NCBI GenBank assembly: GCA_038062795.1
Contig: JBBTWM010000033.1
Location: forward strand, 5,615 to 69,614
DNA: 64,000 nucleotides
Direction of reading: 5' to 3'
Source: Patescibacteria group bacterium
GTDB lineage: Bacteria; Patescibacteriota; Microgenomatia; UBA10105; UBA927
Every line of letters starts with the position of its first letter. Position 1 is the first letter of the stretch. The translations under genes were made by a program, and so were the position numbers. The notes beneath the pieces were generated by a model. That model had not been told where the DNA came from. It saw only the letters and a program-made list of their open reading frames with translations, and did not search any database. Positions 27,911 to 37,736 of the stretch are shown one piece after another.

Positions 27911-29539
27911 ATGAAACATTTGATCCTGGTGGGAATTCTGTTTGTTGCCGCTTTTTTCCGTTTCTATAATCTCTCCCAGGTGCCGCCGAGCCCGTCCCTT
28001 GACGAAGTTTCTATCGGCTACAATGCGTATTCAATTTTAACAACAGGTAAAGATGAATACGGGAGCGTACTCCCCATGCTGCTTCGTGCGTACGACGATT
28101 TCCGGCCGGCACTGTATGTATACCTCACGATACCGTTTGTATGGGTACTGGGACTCACTGTGGTCGCGGTGCGGTTACCTTCCGTTCTTTTATCGCTCAT
28201 TACCGTTTACGTAACATATTTAATCGGGCGGATGGTAGGGAAAAAATATCTGTCTTTTGAACGCCTTGGGGAAATCGCGGCCGTAATTCTAGCCGTATCG
28301 CCATGGCATATCTATATATCAAGACTGGGACATGAGGCAAATATCGGTTTAACGCTTACGACTCTCGGCATATTTTTTTTCCTGCGTGCAGTATTTTCCG
28401 GAAAGAAATCGTCATGGATACTTGCAGGTATTGCGTTTGGGTTGTCTTTGCATGGGTATCAGAGCGAGAAGGTGGTGATTCCGCTTCTCGTGCTGTTCGG
28501 GTCATATCTTTTTTGGAAAGAAATCAGGAAAGCAAAACGGCACGCGCTGATTGCAATAGTTGTGGGATTTGCAATCGCATTGCCGGCTATCGCGGCTACG
28601 GTTTCGCCGCAGGGAATGGTTCGCTTCCGCGCAACGAGCGCATTTTCTACCGATTCTCCCCGGGCGGTTTCCGCGGTCCAATCTTATATAGCATCAAAGG
28701 AGAAAGGGGATATAATCGGCCGGATCATATATAGCAAAGCGGTGACGAACGCCTCGATATTTATAGAGAACTATGCGTCTCATTTTTCTCCGGTTTGGCT
28801 TTTCTCCGGCAGCAATCGGGAGGCGCACAAAGTGCCTGGTATGGGGCTTTTATATCTATGGGAAGCACCATTTTTGCTCCTCGGCCTTTGGGCGCTAGGC
28901 AAGTCCCGGATACCCAAGCACCTTGCTGCTTTTCTTATCGCTGGTCTTCTTGTCGCGCCGATACCGGGAGCGATTACCACGCAGGCACCCCATGCTATGC
29001 GTGCTTATACGGAAATTCCGATAATGCAGCTTATAGAGGCGTTGGGTGCGTGGGTACTTATAAGTAAACTGAAAAAAAAGCAGTTGCAAATATTTGCCCT
29101 TATATTGGGCATGCTGATATCAGCCGGGGTAGTAAAATATTGGCAGGGATACTTTGTCCGATTTCCTGCGGAGCAGTCGGATAGTTTCCAATATGCGATC
29201 CGAGGAGCCGTGCAATACGGGTTAGATAACGCAAATCGTTATACGGCAATCCAATTTTCTAACCAGGGGAGCTTGTACCAGTCCTACATGTTTTTCCTCT
29301 ATTACAGCAAATTTGATCCGGCGGCCTATCATGCCCTTGGCGGAACCGGATCCGGCGGATTTGAAGAAGCGCATTATATTGGAAAGTATGCGTTCGGCAT
29401 CCTGCCACAGCAAGCCGAAAAAATTATTCCCGGAACGCTTTATTTCTATGATGCAAAAAACGTTCCGCAAGGCGCGCGCACATTGGAAACGTTTTCGAAT
29501 CTCGACGGAAAGCCGGCAATCACTGCCACAACATTATGA
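27911..29539 (+). CDS. GT39/PMT_2-like membrane glycosyltransferase (paralog)
   Basis: FRFYNLSQVPPSPSLDEVSIGYNAYSILTTGKDEYG. Confidence 0.7.
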   Translation: MKHLILVGILFVAAFFRFYNLSQVPPSPSLDEVSIGYNAYSILTTGKDEYGSVLPMLLRAYDDFRPALYVYLTIPFVWVLGLTVVAVRLPSVLLSLITVYVTYLIGRMVGKKYLSFERLGEIAAVILAVSPWHIYISRLGHEANIGLTLTTLGIFFFLRAVFSGKKSSWILAGIAFGLSLHGYQSEKVVIPLLVLFGSYLFWKEIRKAKRHALIAIVVGFAIALPAIAATVSPQGMVRFRATSAFSTDSPRAVSAVQSYIASKEKGDIIGRIIYSKAVTNASIFIENYASHFSPVWLFSGSNREAHKVPGMGLLYLWEAPFLLLGLWALGKSRIPKHLAAFLIAGLLVAPIPGAITTQAPHAMRAYTEIPIMQLIEALGAWVLISKLKKKQLQIFALILGMLISAGVVKYWQGYFVRFPAEQSDSFQYAIRGAVQYGLDNANRYTAIQFSNQGSLYQSYMFFLYYSKFDPAAYHALGGTGSGGFEEAHYIGKYAFGILPQQAEKIIPGTLYFYDAKNVPQGARTLETFSNLDGKPAITATTL

Positions 29540-31038
29540 AGTACGTACTTATTACCTTCGCAACCACGTTGGTGCTATTAGGGATGATTATCCGCGTGGT
29601 AGAAGTGGCCAACGGTAATTATGTTTTTGGATTTGATCAGGGACTTGATTTCATGGCTGCCCGTTCTATTGCAGTTGATCATAAACTCACCCTTATCGGA
29701 GCAGAAGCTGGGGCGGGATTCGCCGGATTGCCTGGCGTTTTTCACGGACCAGGGTACAGATATATTTTGGCCGTCCTTCTTTTTCTTTCCCACGGTAATC
29801 CATACGGGGCGATCGTGGGACTTGCTGTAATAAGTATTATCAGTTTATGGATGTTATATCGAATGGGCATAAGCATATTCGGACCGGTAGTAGCTGGAGT
29901 CATATTGGTGCTTGCTGCAGTTTCACCCCCTCTTACAGCACAAGCCCGTATGATATGGGCACCGAATTATTCGGCCGTTGTCGCTTTGCCGTTTCTTTAC
30001 GCAATTTGGTTATCCCGTAAAAAAACTGTTGCCGGCGCATTTCTGACTGCATTTTTTTCCGCGTTGTTGTATCACTTCGAATTGCCTATGGCTGTTCCCG
30101 CGATGCTCATGACTGTTCTCTATTTCGCATTTGTGTTGAAGTTTCGTGACATAAAGCTTTGGGCCGCTGTGTTTGCCGGTTTTTTCATAGGATTACTTCC
30201 CATGCTGTTATTTGAATCCCGGCATGGTTGGGGATTTGTGAAGGGCATCCTCACGTATGGCGTAAGGCTACGTGAGACATCGGTGACGGCACCGTTTTTT
30301 CCGCTTAAGGAATTGGTAGGCGACGGCAACGCAATTGTGAACACTATACGGGAATCATTTCTTTTTCCCGTGCCCTGGGTGCGACGCATGTTTCCATGGG
30401 TGCTGCTCGGAGGGACTCTTTGGTATGCAAAGCTAGAAAAAAAGAAAGAAATACAAACGTTTATATTCGGATTGTTATTACTTGTAGTTTCCCACCTTTT
30501 GGTATTTTATCCATATCGTGGACCTGTGTACGCCCATTACCTGACATTGTTATACTTTGTGTACCCGATCCTGGCCGCGTATTTGGCAGTTCGTGCATTA
30601 TCAGGGAAGGTAACCCGATGGATAGTGTATGCAGCTGCAATTATGCTAATAATCGGCGTACTGAAGCAAATCCCCAAAACGATAACGTCAGATTATCACG
30701 ATTACGGCGGCACTGCGAAAATCCGGGGCAAGACGGAAGCGCTTGACATCATCTATCAAGATGCGGCAGGAAAACCATTCGGACTTATGGTATTTACGCC
30801 TCCCGTTGTGCCATACGCGTACGAGTATCTTGCGAAGTGGTATGGAAAAAATACGTACGGCTATGTTCCTTCGTTTGAAAGGGGGCCAATATTTTACCTT
30901 CTGATCGAGCCGGATCCTGAGAAGCCATGGAGTTATAATGGATGGTTAGAGACGGTTATCAAGGAGGGGACAGTAATTCGTGCCTGGAATTTGCCGAGCG
31001 GATTTATTATTCAAAAAAGAGCGGAGCGTATCGAATGA
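29536..31038 (+). CDS. polytopic membrane protein, DQG-motif family (family C) paralog
   Basis: Shared blocks with 21820 (FDQGLD, GPGYRYILAV). ATGA overlap with the upstream gene. Confidence 0.45.
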   Translation: MKYVLITFATTLVLLGMIIRVVEVANGNYVFGFDQGLDFMAARSIAVDHKLTLIGAEAGAGFAGLPGVFHGPGYRYILAVLLFLSHGNPYGAIVGLAVISIISLWMLYRMGISIFGPVVAGVILVLAAVSPPLTAQARMIWAPNYSAVVALPFLYAIWLSRKKTVAGAFLTAFFSALLYHFELPMAVPAMLMTVLYFAFVLKFRDIKLWAAVFAGFFIGLLPMLLFESRHGWGFVKGILTYGVRLRETSVTAPFFPLKELVGDGNAIVNTIRESFLFPVPWVRRMFPWVLLGGTLWYAKLEKKKEIQTFIFGLLLLVVSHLLVFYPYRGPVYAHYLTLLYFVYPILAAYLAVRALSGKVTRWIVYAAAIMLIIGVLKQIPKTITSDYHDYGGTAKIRGKTEALDIIYQDAAGKPFGLMVFTPPVVPYAYEYLAKWYGKNTYGYVPSFERGPIFYLLIEPDPEKPWSYNGWLETVIKEGTVIRAWNLPSGFIIQKRAERIE

Positions 31039-32693
31039 AAAAATTCTTTATGAAGTGGGGCATTTGGACTGGACTCGTCGCCCTGTCCCTCCTGCCATTA
31101 TGGGATTTGATGCATCCTGGATTGCCGATAACCCATGATGGTCAGGATCATGTGGCCCGTATCGCAAACTTTTATCAATCATTATCCGAAGGGCATGTAG
31201 TTCCCAGATGGGCGGCAAATCTCAATTGGGGATATGGACATCCGATTCTCATGTTTTTGTATCCTTTGCCCTCATACGTCGCGTCGGCATTTCATTTTGT
31301 CGGATTTTCACTCATTGATAGCACCAAGCTTGTATTTGCTTTCGGATTCATCGCCAGCATGCTTGCGATGTATCTTTGGATAACCAGTGCGTGGGGAGTG
31401 GCCGCGGGTATTACCGCTTCCGTACTGTATGCATTTGCGCCGTACCGGTTTGTCGATCTATATGTGCGGGGGGCTATAGGGGAGCATATGGCATTTGTCT
31501 TCCCGCCGCTTATTTGTTACGGACTTCTGCTTCTGGCAAAAGAAAAGAATCATATTTCGGCGGTGGCCCTGACCGTTATTTCTTTCGGAACTGCGCTGCT
31601 TATTCTGTCCCATAACGCGCTGAGTCTCATATTTCTGCCGCTTATCGGATTATACGCGTTATATCTTGCCGCACAGGAGACGAAGACTCCGATACGGTTT
31701 CTTCTCATGAGTATAGCCGGAATACTGTTTGGTTTTCTTCTGTCTGCGTTTTACTGGGTTCCGGGTTATTTTGAAGGCAAATACACGCTTCGGGATATCG
31801 TAACGAAAGGAGAATTTACCGGCCGGTTTGTTCCGTGGTTTTCATTTCTCTATTCACCCTGGAGTTATGGCGGAGGCAATGAACTATCCAAGTGGTTGGG
31901 AGCAGGACAGATATTGGCATTGGGTCTGAGTTTCTTTGCACTGGAAAAAAATACGAAACACCGGCGTTTCATTATCGTTTGCATGCTGCTTTTGTTTTTC
32001 TCGCTCTTTGCCATGACCGCCAATTCTGCTCCCGTCTGGAACGCGGTAACCTTGCTTCAGAAATTTCAATTTCCCTGGAGACTTATGTCCGTGACCGTAT
32101 TTTTGATCGCAGGGATCGGGGCATTTGTTGTATACATAGCTCCGGAAAAAAGCAGGCGGTGGACCGCCCTTATTTTGGTCATCATATCGATATTTGGGAC
32201 GATACCGATGTGGCGAGCCAAGGAGTATAAAGTATTTCCGCAGTCGTATTTTACCGGCATATATAACAGTACTACCGATACGGGAGAAAGCAGTCCTATT
32301 TGGTCTATCCGGTTTATGGAAAAGCGGCCCGAAGCGCTTGCGTATATGGTGCCGCTCGCAGGCACGATCAACGTGGGTGAGCGGTCGACAACGCTGAAAG
32401 TTTACCGCGTGAATGTGAAAGAGCCCGCTAGATTTGTAGAAAGCACGCTGTATTTTCCGGGGTGGCAGGTGTTTATTAATGGAAGCCCTCTTGCCATAGA
32501 AAAGCTTATATTTCAGGACCCTACGTACCGGGGACTCATGACGTTTGATCTAACCCCGGGCGATTACGACATCAGGTTTGAGTTTGGAGAAACGAAACTC
32601 CGAAGGATTTCAAATTACCTGAGTCTCGGTGCGCTGGCATTATTCGTCGTCAGTATTGGTACAATACGTTTGCTATGGCGAAAAAAAGAATAA
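31035..32693 (+). CDS. polytopic membrane protein, family B paralog
   Basis: GLPITHDGQDHVARIANFYQSLSEGHVVPRWAANLNWGYGHPIL. The ATG at 31035 overlaps the upstream stop as ATGA. Confidence 0.5.
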   Translation: MKKFFMKWGIWTGLVALSLLPLWDLMHPGLPITHDGQDHVARIANFYQSLSEGHVVPRWAANLNWGYGHPILMFLYPLPSYVASAFHFVGFSLIDSTKLVFAFGFIASMLAMYLWITSAWGVAAGITASVLYAFAPYRFVDLYVRGAIGEHMAFVFPPLICYGLLLLAKEKNHISAVALTVISFGTALLILSHNALSLIFLPLIGLYALYLAAQETKTPIRFLLMSIAGILFGFLLSAFYWVPGYFEGKYTLRDIVTKGEFTGRFVPWFSFLYSPWSYGGGNELSKWLGAGQILALGLSFFALEKNTKHRRFIIVCMLLLFFSLFAMTANSAPVWNAVTLLQKFQFPWRLMSVTVFLIAGIGAFVVYIAPEKSRRWTALILVIISIFGTIPMWRAKEYKVFPQSYFTGIYNSTTDTGESSPIWSIRFMEKRPEALAYMVPLAGTINVGERSTTLKVYRVNVKEPARFVESTLYFPGWQVFINGSPLAIEKLIFQDPTYRGLMTFDLTPGDYDIRFEFGETKLRRISNYLSLGALALFVVSIGTIRLLWRKKE

Positions 32694-33448
32694 CACTCTC
32701 GGTAGCTCTGGCTGTATATAATGAAGCCTCCAATTTGGAGCGTTGTCTTAGATCTGTCGGGAATTTGGCAGACGAGATGATTGTCGTGGACGGCGGATCA
32801 AGTGATGCTACCGTCGATATAGCAAAAAGGTTGGCAGCCAAAGTGTATCACACGGATAATCCCGCCATGTTCCATATCAATAAACAAAAAGCGTTAGATA
32901 AATCCAGCGGCGAGTGGATTTTGCAGCTGGATGCAGATGAAGTAGTGAGCGCGTCCTTAAAGGAAGAAATTCGGGATGTTATCGTATCTGGCCTCACACC
33001 CAACGGGTATTTCATATCCCGCCATAATTATTTTTTGGGCGATTGGCTCCGAAAGGGAGGTCAGTATCCGGATTACGTCATACGGCTTTTTAGAAACGGG
33101 TTTGGGGAGTTTCCTCAGCAAAGTGTGCATGAACAAATAAAGATAGACGGCCCGGTTGGGCACCTCAACCACGCGTTGGAGCACTACTCCTATACATCTA
33201 TCGCACAATATTGGGATAAATCTTCTGCATATATACGCTTGACCGCGGATGAATTATCAAAACGCAAAGATAGCCGATCGGTAGCTACGTTATTTTCGTA
33301 TCTGATTGCCAAGCCGGTTGGTACGTTTCTGTCTCTTTATCTCCGCCACAAAGGATTCGTTGATGGGTGGCGTGGATTCCTATTTGCGTTTTTTTCCGCG
33401 ATGCATTTTCCGAAAGCATATATTCTAAGTATTACCCAAGCTTCATGA
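32675..33448 (+). CDS. family 2 glycosyltransferase
   Basis: ITLSVALAVYNEASNL..VVDGGSSDAT, and the C-terminal WLRKGGQYPDYVIRLF motif shared with the GT2s at 1374 and 3171. Confidence 0.75.
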   Translation: MAKKRITLSVALAVYNEASNLERCLRSVGNLADEMIVVDGGSSDATVDIAKRLAAKVYHTDNPAMFHINKQKALDKSSGEWILQLDADEVVSASLKEEIRDVIVSGLTPNGYFISRHNYFLGDWLRKGGQYPDYVIRLFRNGFGEFPQQSVHEQIKIDGPVGHLNHALEHYSYTSIAQYWDKSSAYIRLTADELSKRKDSRSVATLFSYLIAKPVGTFLSLYLRHKGFVDGWRGFLFAFFSAMHFPKAYILSITQAS

Positions 33449-33975
33449 AACACATTGTTGCCTTGTATTTGTTCGGCATATTGCTTCTTGCTACGCCACT
33501 TCTGGTTCGCGCTGAGTATGTGTTGCCATACCCGTCTTATATGCCAGGAAATAAACACTATAAAATATCCCGTTTCATTGACAAGATACGACAGCCGTTT
33601 TATTTCGGAAATTTAAGTTCCTATAAATATCATTTAAGCCTCGCAGATAAATACCTGGTTGAAGCAAAGACACTATTTGAATACAAACAGTATTTATTGG
33701 CCTCTGATGCATTAGCTCGTTCGGATAGCGAGTTTGCAAAAACTACGCAGTTTCTTCTCGGCGCCAGACAGGAACGCAAAGACATCAGTGCATTTGTGCG
33801 CCAACTAGCGCAAGCATCAGCGCTGCACACCGAGATTCTCCTGCGCATGAACGAAGTATTACCCCCTTCGTATGAATGGAAACCGGAGAAATCAGATGCC
33901 ATACAGCTATCAATTGCAGATATGGTACGCGAGTCGGTGATGGTACGCAAAAACGCAGTGATCAGGTTACGATGA
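33445..33975 (+). CDS. hypothetical secreted protein (signal peptide)
   Basis: MKHIVALYLFGILLLATPLLVRA/EY looks like a signal peptide with a cleavage site. The protein is helical and Ala/Leu-rich with no recognisable domain. ATGA overlap with the upstream GT2. Confidence 0.4.
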   Translation: MKHIVALYLFGILLLATPLLVRAEYVLPYPSYMPGNKHYKISRFIDKIRQPFYFGNLSSYKYHLSLADKYLVEAKTLFEYKQYLLASDALARSDSEFAKTTQFLLGARQERKDISAFVRQLAQASALHTEILLRMNEVLPPSYEWKPEKSDAIQLSIADMVRESVMVRKNAVIRLR

Positions 33976-35114
33976 AACACATACCTACGCTATTTATCGG
34001 TATTGCCATAGTGCTGGGAATATATTCCTACGGATTTATAGACCCTCATTTGTCATTTTCGTCACATCCGTTCTATCTCTTTATTCAGAATGCGCTTGTC
34101 CATCTGGTGTACCGTCAATCCGTGACAGCGGCAGCACTGTATGTGTGCATCATTGTGGGTTTATTTGCTGCATACGGCATGATTATGCAATCGGCAAAAA
34201 CTGAAAAGATGAAATATTTTCCGCGATGGATGATATGGGGTATCGGGATACTGCTGGTTTCTTACCCTGCGTTTTCCTATGATATATATAACTACATCGC
34301 AACAGCTAAGGTCACATTCCAATATCGGGAGAATCCGTATGTGATGATGCCGATAGAGATTCCAAACGAGCCGATGCTTTCCTTTACCCGGGCTGCGAAC
34401 AAGGTCGCTCTTTACGGCCCGGCGTGGATAGTTTTGACGTCATTTCCGTATATTGTCGGGGCGGGAAACATGCTCGCGACTATAGTTTCGTTCAAAACGT
34501 TTACCGCGCTATTTTACACTGCGGTGACGTACCTCATTTACCGGAAAACGAAGCGATGGGACCAGGTGATGTTTTTTGCGCTCAATCCGCTGATACTTAT
34601 CGAAGTATTGGTCAGCGGGCATAACGATATTGTCATGATGGCGCTGGGTCTTGCGGGTCTCTTACTTTGGAATCGGCAGGGTATGCAATATAAAGCGGCG
34701 GGTATTATCCTGTTTATCTCTTCTGTCTTGATAAAAGGCGCGACGATTGCGTTAGTTCCGCTTTTCTTTTTTCCGAGGTGGAAATGGGAGAAAAAAATGC
34801 TGGTTGCCGGAGTCCTCATGTTCGGTGTATTTCTTCTCTCTCCTGTGCGGGAAGAAATGTACCCCTGGTATGCGGTGTGGTGGCTTAGTTGTATAGCTTT
34901 TGTTCCGATTCGGAAGCACTCGTTTATTCACTGGTTTTCATTTTGGCTGAGTTTCGGACTTATGTTGCGGTACGTGCCATGGATTGCCACCCGTGAGTAC
35001 GGTGGCATAACTCCCATAATCCGCGTTATTGCGACACTCGTGCCTGTGTTGTTTTATCTGCTTTATCGGTTTCGCAAAAATGTAAAACATCTCCGGGCCC
35101 CTTGGAAAAAGTAA
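33972..35114 (+). CDS. integral membrane protein (possibly DUF2029/GT87-like)
   Basis: Start at MKHIPTLFIGIAIV. About 10 TM segments with motifs ALNPLILIEVLVSGHNDIV and a PRWKWEKK loop. Confidence 0.35.
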   Translation: MKHIPTLFIGIAIVLGIYSYGFIDPHLSFSSHPFYLFIQNALVHLVYRQSVTAAALYVCIIVGLFAAYGMIMQSAKTEKMKYFPRWMIWGIGILLVSYPAFSYDIYNYIATAKVTFQYRENPYVMMPIEIPNEPMLSFTRAANKVALYGPAWIVLTSFPYIVGAGNMLATIVSFKTFTALFYTAVTYLIYRKTKRWDQVMFFALNPLILIEVLVSGHNDIVMMALGLAGLLLWNRQGMQYKAAGIILFISSVLIKGATIALVPLFFFPRWKWEKKMLVAGVLMFGVFLLSPVREEMYPWYAVWWLSCIAFVPIRKHSFIHWFSFWLSFGLMLRYVPWIATREYGGITPIIRVIATLVPVLFYLLYRFRKNVKHLRAPWKK

Positions 35115-35116
35115 CT

Positions 35117-36667
35117 ATGATTGCTTTTTTTCTCGCGTTCATACCGGCACTTATTGCGGCTTTGCCGCTTTTTGGTTCCCGGTTTATACCAACCCATGAT
35201 GGGGAGTACCACATCATCAGGTTCTGGCAATTTTATAAAATGCTTTCGGCAGGTGATTGGTTTCCCCGTTGGGCGCCGGATTTAAACGTCGGATTGGGAG
35301 TGCCGCTGTTTACCTTTAACTACCCGCTCCCAAACTATATAGGCAGTGCGTTCCATTTTATCGGGATGAGCTTTGCGGACAGCTTTAAGTGGTCGCTCGG
35401 ATTAGGGTACCTTACTGCGGTGATCTGGTATTACCTGTTTGCAAAAAAAGTATTCGGCACGAAGCCTGCGATAGCAGCGACCATTATTTTTTCCTATATA
35501 CCGTATTGGTTCGTGTATATGTATGTGCGGGGGTCGGTGGGTGAGGTGTGGGCAGTGTCGTTCCTTATGCTCGCCTTTGCCTCACTCGCGTATAACAAAC
35601 CCCAAACTTTTGCCATCGCCGTGGGTTTGCTCATACTTTCCCATAATATTCTCGCCATGATATTTGTTCCAATGCTGTTTATTATAGCCTTGCGTATTCG
35701 TCCGATGATCGTAGGCTGGATTGCGGGGGTCGGATTGGCGGCGTATTTTTGGGTACCGGCCTTATACGAGCGGCAGTTTGTTGTGGGCCTTAACACGGTA
35801 AATTACCGCGACCATTTCGCTGCCTTAGTGCAGATACTTTTCCCGTCGTGGGGCAGCGGCTATTCCGTGCTGGGAATAAGCGACGGCATGTCCTTCCAAA
35901 TCGGAATTGTCTCACTGCTGATTATAGGAGCGGCTGCGATTTTGCTTTTTAAAAAAAACCGTTTGGCTCCAACCATCAAGCAGATGGTCGCCCTTTCTTT
36001 ATTCGTAATTATTGCCGGTTCGTTCCTCATGACGGAATATTCTGCATTCCTATGGCGTGCCGTTCCGGTTCTCGGGTATCTGCAATTTCCGTGGCGTCTT
36101 TTGTCTGTAATAATGATTGCGGTATCTGTACTTGCGGGATTTGTAAGCCACGTAACTCCGAAATTTGGAATAATCCTTGCCTTGTGTTCTGTTTTTTTCG
36201 TGTTTTCCTACACGCGGCCGGTCACCTATGAATCCCGCAGCGACGAGTATTATTTATCACGGGATTGGTTTACAAGTGGTACCTCATCGTTAGGTGATGC
36301 GTTTCAAACACAATGGAAACAGGGCGATATCAATTATTCCCCGCAGAATTTTTCAGTTTCCGAAAGGAGTATTGACTACACGAAACTCAACCCGGTTTCA
36401 TACGTGCTTCTTTTACATGCATCGATCTCCGGCACATTGATCGCTCCGATTGCCTATTATCCCGGATGGCAGGCGAATATAGACGGGCGATCGGTGCCCA
36501 TCTCTCCAGGCGAACACGGCACTATCACATTGCCGGTGCATGAGGGAGATCAGTTGCTGCACATCCGGCTGGACTCCGCGCCATGGCAGCAGGCGGCCGG
36601 CATTACGAGCCTTCTTTCGTTGTTGTTCATAGTGCTATCATTTATACTCAGGAAACCAACGATATGA
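35117..36667 (+). CDS. polytopic membrane protein, family B paralog
   Basis: IPTHDGEYHIIRFWQFYKMLSAGDWFPRWAPDLNVGLGVPLF. The ATG at 35117 is preferred over the TTG at 35102. Confidence 0.5.
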   Translation: MIAFFLAFIPALIAALPLFGSRFIPTHDGEYHIIRFWQFYKMLSAGDWFPRWAPDLNVGLGVPLFTFNYPLPNYIGSAFHFIGMSFADSFKWSLGLGYLTAVIWYYLFAKKVFGTKPAIAATIIFSYIPYWFVYMYVRGSVGEVWAVSFLMLAFASLAYNKPQTFAIAVGLLILSHNILAMIFVPMLFIIALRIRPMIVGWIAGVGLAAYFWVPALYERQFVVGLNTVNYRDHFAALVQILFPSWGSGYSVLGISDGMSFQIGIVSLLIIGAAAILLFKKNRLAPTIKQMVALSLFVIIAGSFLMTEYSAFLWRAVPVLGYLQFPWRLLSVIMIAVSVLAGFVSHVTPKFGIILALCSVFFVFSYTRPVTYESRSDEYYLSRDWFTSGTSSLGDAFQTQWKQGDINYSPQNFSVSERSIDYTKLNPVSYVLLLHASISGTLIAPIAYYPGWQANIDGRSVPISPGEHGTITLPVHEGDQLLHIRLDSAPWQQAAGITSLLSLLFIVLSFILRKPTI

Positions 36668-37731
36668 AGATCGCAATCAATACATTACCACTGTCTACAG
36701 AGCACCGGATGCGGGGTACTGGCGTATATACAAAAAATTTGATCGAAGCGCTTGCTACATACGAAAAAAAACATTCGTACTTCTTTTTTATCCGCGTACA
36801 GGATATACCGGAGCGCACGGATGTTGTGCATTATCCGTTTTTTGATCCGTTTTTTTTGACACTTCCGTTTATAAAACGCTTTCCCACCGTGGTAACGGTT
36901 CATGATCTGATTCCGTTGGTATTCCCGGACAAATTTCCTCCGGGACTGCGGGGCAAGCTCAAATGGCAGATACAGCGTCTGTCGCTTTTGGGTTCATCCG
37001 GAGTAATAACCGATTCCCAGTGCAGCAAGGATGATATCGTGCGGATAACCGGAAGAAAACAGTCCGGTATACATGTGGTTCCGTTAGCGCAATCCCAACA
37101 ATATAGGCGTATTACGGGCGATGCTGTCCTTAAACAAGTCAGACAGCGATACCACTTGCCGGATGAATACGTGTTGTATATCGGGGATGTAAATTGGAAC
37201 AAAAATGTTATCGGGCTTATCAATGCTTGGAAAGTTGTGCTCGCCAAAAACGTTAAATCCCGCAGCTGCAAACTTGTGTTGGCAGGATCGGCATTTACCG
37301 ATGCTGAGGTACGCGAGACGCGGGAAATTCTGCATCTTATTGACTCGTTCGGAATGAGTAAACACGTTATTCGGCCGGGATTTATAAAAGATGAGGATAT
37401 GGCAGGCGTGTATTCGGCTTCGTCCTGTGTCGTGCTGCCATCGTGGTACGAAGGTTTCGGATTTCCCATTCTTGAAGCTATGGCTTGCGGTGTGCCTGTG
37501 GTTGCAACGAATCGGGGAAGTGTGCCGGAAATATCCGGACCCGCGCGCGTCGTTGATCCTGCAGATACGAACGTTATTGCAAAGACTATCCTCGAAATGT
37601 TACAGCTATCTGAGCTTGAGCGGCGGGAGCTTATCCGAAAAGGATTTGAATGGATAAAGTATTTTAGCTGGAAGCGGGTAGCCAGCGAGACAGTGGCAGT
37701 GTACGAGCACATTGCCGCCCGTACAACATAG
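36664..37731 (+). CDS. family 4 glycosyltransferase
   Basis: EGFGFPILEAMACGVPVVATNRGSVPEI is a GT4 motif. ATGA overlap with the upstream gene. Confidence 0.75.
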   Translation: MKIAINTLPLSTEHRMRGTGVYTKNLIEALATYEKKHSYFFFIRVQDIPERTDVVHYPFFDPFFLTLPFIKRFPTVVTVHDLIPLVFPDKFPPGLRGKLKWQIQRLSLLGSSGVITDSQCSKDDIVRITGRKQSGIHVVPLAQSQQYRRITGDAVLKQVRQRYHLPDEYVLYIGDVNWNKNVIGLINAWKVVLAKNVKSRSCKLVLAGSAFTDAEVRETREILHLIDSFGMSKHVIRPGFIKDEDMAGVYSASSCVVLPSWYEGFGFPILEAMACGVPVVATNRGSVPEISGPARVVDPADTNVIAKTILEMLQLSELERRELIRKGFEWIKYFSWKRVASETVAVYEHIAARTT

Positions 37732-37736
37732 ATAGT

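Noticed and set aside
36900-37712. 270-aa minus-strand ORF
   Set aside because: It is antisense to the GT4 gene at 36664-37731, Ser/Thr/Arg-rich and featureless. I treat it as a shadow ORF.
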